Source: a virus
Lineage: Duplodnaviria > Caudoviricetes
Strand: one strand, 5' to 3'
Virus record (IMG/VR): IMGVR_UViG_3300020331_000002
DNA: 64,000 bases
Shown: positions 35,852 to 45,498 of the stretch, in pieces
Position numbering within the stretch: the first letter of the stretch is position 1
Layout of the letters: each line of letters starts with the position of its first letter
Notes under the pieces: generated by a model
Database searches by the model: none
What the model was told of the DNA's origin: nothing
Seen by the model: the letters and a program-made list of their open reading frames with translations, nothing else
Program-made: the position numbers and the translations under genes

Positions 35852-37283
35852 ATGAAACAAATACCATTAATTTTTAAAACTGATTCGTATAAAACTGGTC
35901 ACTTTGAACAGATGAACCGTGATGCAGATCGAATTTACATTTATGGCGAAAGCCGTTATGGATTCGATAACCTAGTATGGTACGGCCTGCAAGGTATCAT
36001 AAAACTGCACCTCATGGAAACGATTACTGTCGAATCTGTAGAACAGATGCGCCGCTTTACCGAAGCACACGGCACGTCATTTAACTATGACGGCTGGATG
36101 GACATCGCAGTAAACTTTGAAGGAAAGCTACCGTTTACCATTCGTGCATTGCCCGAGGGTATGGTAGTACCTAGTAGAACGCCTGTATTTGTACTTTACA
36201 ATGAAGGCGGAAAGCGCACTTCGTGGCTCATACCTTATTTTGAAGCATTGCTTCATCGAGTATGGTATCCTACGGTAGTTGCGACTAAGGATCTTGAGAA
36301 GTATGCGATGCTACGCAAATGGGCCGAAAAGTCCGTTGATGATGTTGATGCCTACTTGACATTTGCATTACACGACTTTGGCGCACGCGGTGCAAGCTCT
36401 AGCGAAACGGCAGCAATCGGTGGATCGGCTCACCTCATGGGGATGTTCCGTGGAACTGACACATTAGAAGGTGCTTGGTTTGCCAAAGAAGCATATGGTC
36501 TAAATGACGATGTCGCCGGCTACTCGGTTAACGCTATAGAACACAATGTGGTTCTGTCGCATGGCGTTGAGAATGAGTATAATCTGTTTAAAGATTTGAT
36601 TGACCTGTATTTGCCTGCCGGAAAAATCATCAGTATTGTGAGTGATACTCGTGATATAGATGCTGCGGTTGATTGGTATATTGACAATCAAGACTACATT
36701 GCTGACCAAGCTGCTAAAGGCGGCGAAGGTTCTCGTGTTGTAGTCCGCCCTGACTCGGGCGGACCCGATTGAGGTTCCGGTAAGAGTGGTTAAAAAGCTC
36801 ATTAAAGGCATGAGCAAGTACGTCACTAAGAACAACAAGGGATATCTTGTGTTGCCTAGCTGGATACGTGTTATTCAGGGTGATGGCGTTGAGCTTGAGC
36901 AAATGGATGCGATCCATACTCTGCTTACTGACGCTGGCATCTCTGCTGAAAACATTATATTCGGCCAAGGTGGTTCTATGTTGCAAGCGCACGGTCGTGA
37001 TGACGCGGGCTTTGCAATGAAGATGTCTGCGATGGAAGTTGATGGCCGAATGGTGAAAACATCCAAGAAGCCAAAAACTGACGCTCGCAAGCACAGCCGT
37101 GAAGGTTACTTTAAGGTTGCGCGAGACGAAAACGGTGACATTGTTACACTAGCTACTGATGATCCAGAGAACTCTGGCTTACTAGAAGTGGTGTATTCAA
37201 ATGGCGAATTGATTAGAGATATGACATTCGACCAAGTACGTGCCAACTACGAAATCTTTGTTAATAAGAAATGGAACTGTTAA
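35852..37283 (+). pseudogene. nadV: Nicotinamide phosphoribosyltransferase split by a +1 base (one extra G at 36761-62); real lesion or sequencing error
   Basis: TDSYK, HDFGARG, GTDT, EH, VSD, RPDSG in ORF1; RVIQGDGV, FGQGG..LQ...RD...FAMK, KKPKTD..K.S..G in ORF2. Deleting one G restores RPDSGDPIEVPVRVVKK in frame. Confidence 0.9.
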
Positions 37284-37298
37284 TTAGTTCAAAACTGT

Positions 37299-37330
37299 AA
37301 AAAGGCTGGCCATTGTGCTGGCCTTTTTCT
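37299..37330. terminator. Rho-independent terminator
   Basis: aaaaaggctggc-cattgt-gctggcctttttc. Confidence 0.85.
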
Positions 37331-37339
37331 TTTAATGTC

Positions 37340-37367
37340 TTGCTTTGTATTACCCGTGTGCTAGTAT
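37340..37367 (+). promoter_or_regulatory. Sigma70-type early promoter
   Basis: TTGCTT-N16-TAGTAT with extended TG. Confidence 0.5.
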
Positions 37368-37398
37368 GTTCTAGAACAATTCAAAAACAAGGTAAAAG

Positions 37399-37668
37399 AT
37401 GATGCGCAATTTAAAGCCGTATACGTGGAAAATCATTTACGAAAGTGTCGCTGTAGTGGCAGGCTGGATAATACTCGGGCTTTTGAACGCCATTGCTGCT
37501 GACGTGTTCTATTTCAACGAGAGTGTAGCCCGAGAATTACGTGTGGCACTCGGTGTAGTTATTGGCGTAACGATACTGGCCGGTTCGTTTATCGGCTGTA
37601 TGGTACTCGCATCTACTTTCCCGCGCTGGCGTTATTATAAAGAAGTGTTTGAAAAGGGTGAATCATGA
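37399..37668 (+). CDS. Small membrane protein (2 TM)
   Basis: Two hydrophobic stretches. Confidence 0.7.
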   Translation: MMRNLKPYTWKIIYESVAVVAGWIILGLLNAIAADVFYFNESVARELRVALGVVIGVTILAGSFIGCMVLASTFPRWRYYKEVFEKGES

Positions 37669-37889
37669 ACCAACAAGAAGTGAATTATACTTTGTTGAAA
37701 CGATCAGCGTGCGTCGCTGCACTCTTAATGTGCGTCGTGTTTTACTGCGCCCTACAATTGGTAATCGATGGAACCGAACCGGTATTCGGTGGCATGATTA
37801 TTGTATTTATAATGTTGGTATTGCCGCCAACCGTACTTGTGATACGATTCGCTCATTACAAGCTTGTAAACTTGAAGAAAGGCGTATGA
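37665..37889 (+). CDS. Small membrane protein (2 TM)
   Basis: ATGA-coupled; hydrophobic. Confidence 0.65.
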   Translation: MNQQEVNYTLLKRSACVAALLMCVVFYCALQLVIDGTEPVFGGMIIVFIMLVLPPTVLVIRFAHYKLVNLKKGV

Positions 37890-37940
37890 TCTAGCGCCAC
37901 AGGCTTCTAATAACAATAAGAACAATAATAGGAGTAACTT

Positions 37941-38231
37941 ATGCAAAATCACGAAGAAGCTGTGCCTACGAAGCACACAGACTTTGTTAAATTATGTCTG
38001 CGAGTCGCTTGGTTCGCAATTTGTAGCCTCACGCTTTATGCGTCGTCTATGTCATTATTGGCGGTGTTGCTGCAAATCGTCAGCGACCAAAGCCTAGACG
38101 CGGTGTTCGTTCGAACATCCGTCGGTATGCTCGTGTCGGTAGTTTTTATTTTTACTGTTTATGTGTTGTTCCAGGCCATAATCGGTAATAGAATGCGAGA
38201 GAAGACCGATGCAACAGAAGACTCTAATTGA
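37941..38231 (+). CDS. Small membrane protein (2 TM)
   Basis: AGGAG RBS; hydrophobic. Confidence 0.7.
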   Translation: MQNHEEAVPTKHTDFVKLCLRVAWFAICSLTLYASSMSLLAVLLQIVSDQSLDAVFVRTSVGMLVSVVFIFTVYVLFQAIIGNRMREKTDATEDSN

Positions 38232-38448
38232 TGTAGTTATTACTCTAACCGGTTATATTTCGTTTATTGTTGCTGAATACTTTTTATCAATGGTGGTGAT
38301 TAACGCGATTGCAACGGTGCCTAACCCTAGCTTGATAATAGTATTCTTACTGGTGCCGTTTGTGTGGTCAACTTATGTTTGTTCGCAATATGCGATTGAT
38401 GTGGTGAAAATTTACTGTAACTCGAGGAAAAGGAATAAGAACCGATGA
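38209..38448 (+). CDS. Small membrane protein (2 TM)
   Basis: Hydrophobic; overlapping. Confidence 0.65.
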   Translation: MQQKTLIDVVITLTGYISFIVAEYFLSMVVINAIATVPNPSLIIVFLLVPFVWSTYVCSQYAIDVVKIYCNSRKRNKNR

Positions 38449-38699
38449 GTGGAATCACAAGCAACAAAACAGCCATGCTGATAATTCGTCCAGTATCGTT
38501 TATATTGGCGCTAATTGGTATACTTTTATTAGTGATAGGCTTTTTTGCCACGTTAACTGGCATATCTACCTACGCTGATTTACACGGTGTGCATCGTATG
38601 AATATATTGCCGGTAATCATGATCGGTGCGCTGGCACTGACTATGGCGCTTGCTTTAATGTTGTCTGGCTGGACAAGGATTTTTTCAAACAGAAAATAA
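38445..38699 (+). CDS. Small membrane protein (2 TM)
   Basis: AGGA RBS; hydrophobic. Confidence 0.65.
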   Translation: MSGITSNKTAMLIIRPVSFILALIGILLLVIGFFATLTGISTYADLHGVHRMNILPVIMIGALALTMALALMLSGWTRIFSNRK

Positions 38700-38714
38700 A
38701 GTTGAAAATAAATC

Positions 38715-38743
38715 TTGATTGCTCTTTGAGTGTTTGCTATATT
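38715..38743 (+). promoter_or_regulatory. Sigma70-type early promoter
   Basis: TTGATT-N17-TATATT with extended TG. Confidence 0.65.
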
Positions 38744-38776
38744 AATGACACTTAGAGAGCAAAGCGAGATTTAGAA

Positions 38777-39025
38777 ATGGCAGAATTAACTAGAACAGAT
38801 TTCAAAAAAGCTAAAGAAATTTGCAAAGCGCATGGTGTAAAAGGCTTCCGTAAACTTGCGCTGAAACGTCCATTGTATATTGCAGGCAAGCAATGTATTA
38901 AAATCGAAAACGCTCAAAAACTCCTCATTGACTTGCACAGTGCCGGATACGGTATTCGTGACTACCAAACTTGCTTTGAGCTTGCCCAAAAAGGCATGCT
39001 TGATTGTGTAACTATTTCTTTATAA
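38777..39025 (+). CDS. Small early hypothetical protein
   Basis: First ORF after the promoter. Confidence 0.7.
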   Translation: MAELTRTDFKKAKEICKAHGVKGFRKLALKRPLYIAGKQCIKIENAQKLLIDLHSAGYGIRDYQTCFELAQKGMLDCVTISL

Positions 39026-39026
39026 G

Positions 39027-39293
39027 GTGAATGACATGACTTCTGTAGCAATTGATCCTAATACACTTGTTGGCAATGATATTTCTCACAACCGCAGCAC
39101 GTGGCGCGTTACTGACTACTCGCCGTACGATGCTGAAAAGCTGCCAAACTTGGTGCGAGTTTGCGAAGAACATGATAAATTTCCAGGCGTGTTTACCTGT
39201 GCGAAAGTTCTAAAAAGCGGTGAAACTTCAAAGAAAGTCGTTAATTTATTTTTGTGCTTTACAGATGGCAAGTCGTTTGTTAAAATGGTTTAA
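39027..39293 (+). CDS. Small early hypothetical protein
   Basis: AAGGT RBS. Confidence 0.65.
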   Translation: MNDMTSVAIDPNTLVGNDISHNRSTWRVTDYSPYDAEKLPNLVRVCEEHDKFPGVFTCAKVLKSGETSKKVVNLFLCFTDGKSFVKMV

Positions 39294-39317
39294 AATAAAA
39301 AAACCATTAGGACATTT

Positions 39318-39398
39318 ATGACAGCTAACAAAACGGGCACCAATCCACTTAGGCGTCACACTCAAGTATACCTTGACGCTGCAAACTTCAAATGGTGA
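39318..39398 (+). CDS. 26-aa microprotein (MTANKTGTNPLRRHTQVYLDAANFKW)
   Basis: AGGA RBS; fills the gap; not in the ORF track. Confidence 0.45.
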   Translation: MTANKTGTNPLRRHTQVYLDAANFKW

Positions 39399-39404
39399 AA
39401 CACT

Positions 39405-39557
39405 ATGGTTACCTTAGCAGAAGTTAAGCAAATAGCAAAAGAGAAAGGCATCGAAGCTGAATACGTGTACAACAAAGCACGTAGCCGTTACGAGGTTATC
39501 ATGCCTGACGGTTTCAAGTACAAGTCACTGTCAGACTTCAAAAAGGCAATGCTATGA
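39405..39557 (+). CDS. 50-aa protein (MVTLAEVKQIAKEKG...)
   Basis: ATGA-coupled to 39554; not in the ORF track. Confidence 0.65.
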   Translation: MVTLAEVKQIAKEKGIEAEYVYNKARSRYEVIMPDGFKYKSLSDFKKAML

Positions 39558-40141
39558 TGCTTTGGGGCAAGCCTGCAGGTGTTATGCTGCGTCTGAATAC
39601 TGAGGCTGACTTAATCAAACTGATTAACAAAATGGGCGTTCATGACGAACACACATTAAACATTGCCGGCATTCATCTCAAGTACAGGCAGATGACTCCT
39701 GAGGAACTTGCTGAAGAAAAGCTTACGTATGATCCGGAAATGCCGGAGAACACCGAAGTATTCATGGCTGATTATGGTCGTGGTGACTTTAACATCATTC
39801 CTATGTTTGACAAAAATCAGTTCATGACTTTTGACGAGCAATTAGCAAAGCGCGAGCGTGGGTACGTGTTCAACCTAGCACCGGGCACATACGACCTTGA
39901 CAAGGACACATACCCTAGTTTCCCCGTTGTGCTTTATGCTGTGTTAGACAATAGCTACGGCCGCGGCGGCAGTTTGACTATTGAAATTTGGAACGTGTCA
40001 CCCATTGACAGTATAACAACCGTTGACGACTTGCAGCGCATTGAAGACGAGCACGGTGAAAAGTGGGTCAACAATTTAGACACAGCTATCGAGATGCACA
40101 AGCGTCTAGAGGCAGCAAGGCAAAAAGAACAAAATCAATGA
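39554..40141 (+). CDS. Hypothetical protein
   Basis: Coupled ORF, 195 aa. Confidence 0.7.
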   Translation: MMLWGKPAGVMLRLNTEADLIKLINKMGVHDEHTLNIAGIHLKYRQMTPEELAEEKLTYDPEMPENTEVFMADYGRGDFNIIPMFDKNQFMTFDEQLAKRERGYVFNLAPGTYDLDKDTYPSFPVVLYAVLDNSYGRGGSLTIEIWNVSPIDSITTVDDLQRIEDEHGEKWVNNLDTAIEMHKRLEAARQKEQNQ

Positions 40142-40449
40142 CAATATATTCTGATGAAGACATGAAACGTGTCTGCAGTGAAAACAGCCGCTTGCGCAAT
40201 GAGCTCGCAAGCCTTGAACGTTTGGCAGCCAGGGGCGCATATTACACGACGGAAGAATTGCAGCATTCGCGCGACCACTGGGTGGTATCCGAAATTGCGA
40301 ACTACGAAAGTGGTAATGGCCGTCCAATTACTGCCCGTGCACTGAGTGTATTCGCACAAAAAGAAAAGAAGGCATTAGTAATGTCTTTACTTAAGGACGG
40401 CACACTAACTTCCGTCCAAGCCGCTGATATTATTAAGGGGTTAGTATGA
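40138..40449 (+). CDS. Hypothetical protein
   Basis: Probable ATG 40138 (MTIYSDED). Confidence 0.6.
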   Translation: MTIYSDEDMKRVCSENSRLRNELASLERLAARGAYYTTEELQHSRDHWVVSEIANYESGNGRPITARALSVFAQKEKKALVMSLLKDGTLTSVQAADIIKGLV

Positions 40450-40739
40450 CAGTTTCAATTCAAGACAGACTAGAATATTACCGTGAGCTCAGAGCAAACA
40501 ATGACCCGAGCTTATTGCCTACAGCTGAAGGCTACACTCGTGCATTTGATGGCACCGTTGTTCCTGAACGTGGCGAGCCTGCGCCGTGCGGTAATGAAAC
40601 GTATTTTGACCATGATTCAGGCTATGCGTACCGATGTTCTACTTGTATGGCAGTTGTCGGATCTACGGGCATGCCTCGTGAGTGTTACAACCTCATGAAG
40701 ACTATGGAAATATTACAGTCCGGAAAGAAAGATGTATAA
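40446..40739 (+). CDS. Small Zn-binding-like protein
   Basis: APCG...AYRC..CMAVVGS.GMPREC. Confidence 0.65.
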   Translation: MTVSIQDRLEYYRELRANNDPSLLPTAEGYTRAFDGTVVPERGEPAPCGNETYFDHDSGYAYRCSTCMAVVGSTGMPRECYNLMKTMEILQSGKKDV

Positions 40740-40995
40740 CGTATTTATGCCGATGTTCGTGCGCTACGGCCTGCCTGCTGTCTATTCGATAATATCAGCA
40801 CTTGTGGTCGCTTTTATTGTTACCGGTGTGTTGTGGTGTATTACACCTACGGCAACTAAGGTTGAATTTTTCACACACTACAATGACGGACATATTTCGT
40901 ATTTGTTTTTATTCGTATGTGTGTATTGTATGGCCCTGATCGCAGAAGTGTTAGGGTATGTTGGTAAACTAATGGTAAAGGTTATAAAGAAATGA
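40732..40995 (+). CDS. Small membrane protein
   Basis: Two hydrophobic stretches. Confidence 0.6.
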   Translation: MYNVFMPMFVRYGLPAVYSIISALVVAFIVTGVLWCITPTATKVEFFTHYNDGHISYLFLFVCVYCMALIAEVLGYVGKLMVKVIKK

Positions 40996-41447
40996 TTGAT
41001 GAAAACGAATTAATTGCGCGCCTATTGCGCCATATATTAGGCGATATGTCTAGTACTACCGTTTATGACATGCGCATGATACTAGAGGACGGTGAAGACC
41101 CTGAAGGGTATGAGGCTATTGTTTTTCAACCCGATGCAATTTTGCTTCCGGTAGATCAACCGTGTCACGACACATTTATTGTTATTTCCTATACTGAGCA
41201 AATTAACCCTAACGAAAAGGTCACTACGTTAACCGTATTAGGTGAAACAGACGACAAACCCGTGCGACATGCCAGTGACATAATGCTTGGATATCCTGAA
41301 CAACTTTTCTCAACTGACAGTACATATGGCGGTTTTTCAGAACTGCACGAGATGTTTGATCAAATATTAATCCAACTACATACTCGTGACGTTTCAGAGC
41401 AAGATGAACGTCGAACCGGTACATTGAAGTTATTTTCAAAGTTCTAG
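40992..41447 (+). CDS. Acidic hypothetical protein
   Basis: Coupled ORF. Confidence 0.65.
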   Translation: MIDENELIARLLRHILGDMSSTTVYDMRMILEDGEDPEGYEAIVFQPDAILLPVDQPCHDTFIVISYTEQINPNEKVTTLTVLGETDDKPVRHASDIMLGYPEQLFSTDSTYGGFSELHEMFDQILIQLHTRDVSEQDERRTGTLKLFSKF

Positions 41448-41456
41448 CCAAAAGTC

Positions 41457-41485
41457 TTTACAAAAGATGAAAGGTTGTGTATCTT
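41457..41485 (+). promoter_or_regulatory. Sigma70-type early promoter
   Basis: TTTACA-N17-TATCTT. Confidence 0.5.
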
Positions 41486-41520
41486 ATAATTAAAACGTTA
41501 ACTTAATAAGGTACACAACT

Positions 41521-41895
41521 ATGGCAACAACAAAAGAAATCATCCACTCTATTCTTGATTCAATTACTGCGCCTGGTCCATTAGAGCGCGTATCTAGTGA
41601 CCTTAATAAACTAGTGTTAAAGGTACCTAGTTCTCTGAACCCCGGCACGTATGCGACATTTGAGCTTATCCGCACTAATGTTGAGTTTAACGTAGTCATT
41701 AATGTGCGTTCAACTGTGTTTAATAACGGCGAAGAAGTTCGTAATTGGGTTGTTCATAACGACGTTGACTCGGTTGATAAAAACATCATCGACAAGTGGT
41801 ACGCCGCTGAAATGGCAGCTACTGTCAACGAGATGAATCGACCAACTGACGGCCTGACTGAACTCAAGCGCTTTTACCAATCAAAGCAGGCGTAA
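41521..41895 (+). CDS. Hypothetical early protein
   Basis: AAGGT RBS. Confidence 0.7.
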   Translation: MATTKEIIHSILDSITAPGPLERVSSDLNKLVLKVPSSLNPGTYATFELIRTNVEFNVVINVRSTVFNNGEEVRNWVVHNDVDSVDKNIIDKWYAAEMAATVNEMNRPTDGLTELKRFYQSKQA

Positions 41896-41896
41896 T

Positions 41897-42259
41897 ATGA
41901 AAAGAAAATTTACTGAACTAACGTTTGTTGAGCTAGCGGCAATTGCCGCTAGCGTCAGTGTCGCGACTGGCAAAAATGTCCTAACATCTGGCGCTGACGC
42001 GGTATGTGAAAAATACGGCTTGCTATCCGTTTACGAAGCGCGTGCCATTAACCTAATACTCTGCGCACCTGATTCGCTGGAAGTAATGAACAAGCTCGTC
42101 GCGCATATGGGCGACAAAGCAAGCACACTCACACTCGGCTCACCTGACGTGTTGTGTGACATATTTTCGTGCCCGGGCGTTGAGCTCGACTACTTGGGTA
42201 GGTTCCTGTCAAATGTTGCCAACCGTGTTAGGTCTCTTGAGGAGCAATACCGTGACTGA
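41897..42259 (+). CDS. Hypothetical early protein
   Basis: Adjacent ORF. Confidence 0.65.
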   Translation: MKRKFTELTFVELAAIAASVSVATGKNVLTSGADAVCEKYGLLSVYEARAINLILCAPDSLEVMNKLVAHMGDKASTLTLGSPDVLCDIFSCPGVELDYLGRFLSNVANRVRSLEEQYRD

Positions 42260-42665
42260 AATAACAACGATTCAGGACATCGCACAGCTAAGCGTACATG
42301 ACTATTATATCGTTGTGGAGCGCGAACCGACACCGACTATCCACGTTATTGCCCTGCCGGATGATATAAAGGGCGGCCAGTATTGGCAGTTGCGTTCCTT
42401 GCAATCGTCGCATAAACGCGCACTATCACATTGGTCCAACCGTTATTATAACGCTAGTGATTTTGGGAGAGTTCACCTACGTTTTTCAAACTCGTGTGAG
42501 TATATGAACATCCAATATGCCGTTGAACATGACCATAAAATGTATTCTTTGCACAAAATAGTTGTACATGAGTCAGTTTGGCAGTATTATAAGAATATAG
42601 GGTTTGACTACAAAAACAAAGCAGTCAAGCACCTAGAAGAAGTTTTTATAATTTTTGACAAATAA
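42252..42665 (+). CDS. Hypothetical early protein
   Basis: GAGGAG RBS before GTG 42252. Confidence 0.6.
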   Translation: MTEITTIQDIAQLSVHDYYIVVEREPTPTIHVIALPDDIKGGQYWQLRSLQSSHKRALSHWSNRYYNASDFGRVHLRFSNSCEYMNIQYAVEHDHKMYSLHKIVVHESVWQYYKNIGFDYKNKAVKHLEEVFIIFDK

Positions 42666-43137
42666 GGTAATTACTATGAAGAAATTTATTGTTGATGATG
42701 CGAAGATTGCCCGCGCGATGAACTTTATCAAAACTGTTAAACAAGCTTATGCCGACAACGGTGTAACTGATCAAAACGCGGTACTCGAGATATATGGTCG
42801 TGCTGTGCATATGGTGTTCAGTGATGTAGCGGTTGATGTTTTTGAAACATTGATGGTTGATCCAGCTACACATAATGACCCGAGTAACTTGAGCGATGAG
42901 TCAAACGCACTTGCTAGTTTCTATCACCAACTAGGCACTCACGCCCCGTTTTGTGTGTTCTTTGAGCCGTTTGAAAGCTTTGTGGTAGAGCGCTGCGACA
43001 TGAACGCTGCAACGTTTATCGACACTGTTCGCCTTGACTTAACTGAAGCGAAACTTGACCCTATTAGCTTAGAGGCACAAGCTGCTGAAGAAGCAGAAGC
43101 TGAAACCGAAGAGACTGAACATAGTTTGATGCACTAG
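42655..43137 (+). CDS. Hypothetical acidic protein (probable start ATG 42676)
   Basis: AAGGT RBS; acidic tail. Confidence 0.65.
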   Translation: MTNKVITMKKFIVDDAKIARAMNFIKTVKQAYADNGVTDQNAVLEIYGRAVHMVFSDVAVDVFETLMVDPATHNDPSNLSDESNALASFYHQLGTHAPFCVFFEPFESFVVERCDMNAATFIDTVRLDLTEAKLDPISLEAQAAEEAEAETEETEHSLMH

Positions 43138-43151
43138 TCATTTAAGTACTC

Positions 43152-43190
43152 AAAAAGGTAGTGAGATTGAAAAATTTCCTACCTTTTTTC
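43152..43190. terminator. Terminator hairpin
   Basis: aaaaaggtag...ctaccttttttc. Confidence 0.75.
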
Positions 43191-43218
43191 TTGGCCTGAA
43201 TTTAAACCTGTGTATAAT
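43191..43218 (+). promoter_or_regulatory. Sigma70-type early promoter
   Basis: TTGGCC-N16-TATAAT, preceded by TGTG. Confidence 0.55.
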
Positions 43219-43253
43219 TAAAAGGGTGATGTTAAACGAAATAGGTAATTATT

Positions 43254-43370
43254 ATGACAGCGAAACAGAGAAAAATAACGGCAGATATTTACGTACCCGC
43301 AATCGTCTCCAGTTCGATTCTAGCAGTAGTGGCGTTTGTTGCGGTGAACGTTAGTTCTATAATTTTTTAA
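43254..43370 (+). CDS. 38-aa single-TM microprotein
   Basis: MTAKQRK basic N-terminus then a hydrophobic helix; AGGT RBS; not in the ORF track. Confidence 0.6.
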   Translation: MTAKQRKITADIYVPAIVSSSILAVVAFVAVNVSSIIF

Positions 43371-43378
43371 AAAGGTAA

Positions 43379-43717
43379 TTGACTATGCGAAACCTTTTAG
43401 CCGCTGCCTGTATATTTGCAGCAACCGCACAAGCGGAAGTTATAGAAGTGCCTGCCGACTTTAAGGACGGCACTCCGATCACCACGCATTCGTTTATGCA
43501 ACGCGATCCGTCCATCATAGATAAGTTCCTCCAAGTCCATGGTTACCTATGTATCTATGAATTCGACGGCGGCGCGCCTATGTGTTTCGGCATGCAAGCA
43601 CTTGAACTCAAAGACGGCAAATACCAGTTCAAAGACGATGCACCAGTTTTCAATTTTCCGGAAACTAAAATGACGCCAGGACTGAAAGCAATGTATACAA
43701 GCAAAGTGTGGTCTTAA
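43379..43717 (+). CDS. Secreted/periplasmic protein with signal peptide
   Basis: MRNLLAAACIFAATAQA-E, an AxA cleavage site. Confidence 0.7.
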   Translation: MTMRNLLAAACIFAATAQAEVIEVPADFKDGTPITTHSFMQRDPSIIDKFLQVHGYLCIYEFDGGAPMCFGMQALELKDGKYQFKDDAPVFNFPETKMTPGLKAMYTSKVWS

Positions 43718-43727
43718 GTTTTAAAAG

Positions 43728-43755
43728 TTGTAATTTTGTGTGATCTGTGTATACT
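43728..43755 (+). promoter_or_regulatory. Sigma70-type early promoter
   Basis: TTGTAA-N16-TATACT, preceded by TGTG. Confidence 0.55.
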
Positions 43756-43784
43756 AATCTTTAATAAACCAGCACGAGATAATT

Positions 43785-44384
43785 ATGAGTGACAAACCAC
43801 AAAACTGTGCCGCCTATTTCGAAATAGGCCGTTCGTATAAAATGGACGGTATGAATTGCGTTCGGATGCGAAACCTTATGTTTCGCTGTACAGGGCATAC
43901 CGAAGCTGGTTCTGCGCTGCTCAGTGTGCTATACGTTAATCCAGAAAATCATTCCGACGGATCTGCTCTCATTACTGTCTTGATTCAGACAGAAAACCAA
44001 ATGAAAATGTTTTCAAGGGTGACACAAAGTGAGCATGAGCATAAAACAGTCTATGGCATGAACCTTGCCGAGCTCCACTCTAATTTACGAAGCATATTGG
44101 GCTATCCTATCACTGAGGTTCTTGAAGTCATGCCTAAGTCAGCGCCGCTTGCTAATTTAAAAACAGGCAGCATGTTATCGGCGGCATACAGGCAACGTCC
44201 TGTCATTATAACATTTGATGTTTCTAAACATGGTCACATAACGCCGTATTACAAGGTTAAAGGCTCACTATTCCGTCGCAAAGTATTTGGTAACATTGCG
44301 CCTATACCAAAGGTACCGCCTTCCACCATGGGCGAAGTTATGTTTTATATCAACAATACTTTCTCAAAGGTAGCAATAGCATAA
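43785..44384 (+). CDS. Hypothetical protein
   Basis: ORF after the promoter. Confidence 0.65.
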   Translation: MSDKPQNCAAYFEIGRSYKMDGMNCVRMRNLMFRCTGHTEAGSALLSVLYVNPENHSDGSALITVLIQTENQMKMFSRVTQSEHEHKTVYGMNLAELHSNLRSILGYPITEVLEVMPKSAPLANLKTGSMLSAAYRQRPVIITFDVSKHGHITPYYKVKGSLFRRKVFGNIAPIPKVPPSTMGEVMFYINNTFSKVAIA

Positions 44385-44392
44385 GGACACAT

Positions 44393-44875
44393 ATGGAATT
44401 TTATTGTAATACCCCAACATGTAACGCTGGACTTCTTAGTTCAGACCCAATGCAAGCGCTACTTGGCAACATAGTATGCCATGAATGCGGTAACCCTGCC
44501 GAAATAAGTGAGCATGAAAAAGAAACTGCCGCAATTGCGCTAATCAATATGGGCGCCGGGTCATATAAACTTGGACTAGGGTCGCAGGTTGTGTACGTTG
44601 TGGACGACGAGTTTGGCAATCCTGCTATGTCAGAAGGCACATTTGTATGCACTCATGACAATGCGTTTATATTCGCTACGGCGTATGGCGAAATGGATAG
44701 AGTTGACGCCTCCCGGATGGTGTCTATCACGTTGGCTGAAGAAGACTTCAACAAGTGCCTAAACGAGATCACTACGGTACTGTCTAGCTATTTGACAGAA
44801 GCTCCCATTGACTCTATCACAGACTTAGCTCGCGGGATGATACAGGATAAAATTGAGTTCAGGAGAACATTGTGA
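44393..44875 (+). CDS. Protein with N-terminal Zn ribbon
   Basis: CNTPTC...CHECG; AAGGA RBS. Confidence 0.7.
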   Translation: MEFYCNTPTCNAGLLSSDPMQALLGNIVCHECGNPAEISEHEKETAAIALINMGAGSYKLGLGSQVVYVVDDEFGNPAMSEGTFVCTHDNAFIFATAYGEMDRVDASRMVSITLAEEDFNKCLNEITTVLSSYLTEAPIDSITDLARGMIQDKIEFRRTL

Positions 44876-45216
44876 TGGAGTACTACGGCTACCTGGGTTT
44901 GTATTTAATAGGCGTTCTCGCCGCGGGTATCGTCGCTTCTCACCATTTGTACTATAACGTTATGGCATTTGAAGAATGCGTCAACTCAAGCCCGTGGCGC
45001 TATCCGCTTGGATTACAGCCTTTTATTATTATTTGCATATTAGTATGGCCTGCCGGGATGCTGGTGTATCTGGCGCTTAAAGTTGAAAATAGGTCAATGG
45101 CGACTATATTTGATACTGGTGAATCTCATCCTGATTCCACATTGGGTGCTATAGCTATTATATCCGTCATGGTATCAGGGATCATGGCCTCCATATTAGT
45201 TGCCTTCTTCGAGTAA
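44872..45216 (+). CDS. Membrane protein (3 TM)
   Basis: Hydrophobic segments, .WPAG motif. Confidence 0.65.
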   Translation: MMEYYGYLGLYLIGVLAAGIVASHHLYYNVMAFEECVNSSPWRYPLGLQPFIIICILVWPAGMLVYLALKVENRSMATIFDTGESHPDSTLGAIAIISVMVSGIMASILVAFFE

Positions 45217-45219
45217 AGA

Positions 45220-45498
45220 ATGATGGAACCAATAAAACTCACAAAAGATATTACAGTTGACGCGTTCGAATTGCTAGACAAATTGGACGCCATATGTAAC
45301 ACTACTAATAACGACGAGCTGGTTTCTGAATTGAGACAATTCGCAGCAACCCTTGCAGTCGACGTATCGCGCAAATGTGACGACGTGGTGCGACTATCAG
45401 GTAGATCAACTACTTTTTATGACAAGAAGGCTAGTGAAATGAAGTCGCTATCCGAAAAATTATTATTGGGGCCAAACAATGTTTTTCCGAAATTATAG
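45220..45498 (+). CDS. Hypothetical protein
   Basis: Adjacent ORF. Confidence 0.6.
   Translation: MMEPIKLTKDITVDAFELLDKLDAICNTTNNDELVSELRQFAATLAVDVSRKCDDVVRLSGRSTTFYDKKASEMKSLSEKLLLGPNNVFPKL

Noticed and set aside
36770-36772. TGA read-through or alternative genetic code in Nampt
   Set aside because: The downstream half is in a different frame, so read-through would not restore it; other genes end normally at TGA, TAG and TAA.
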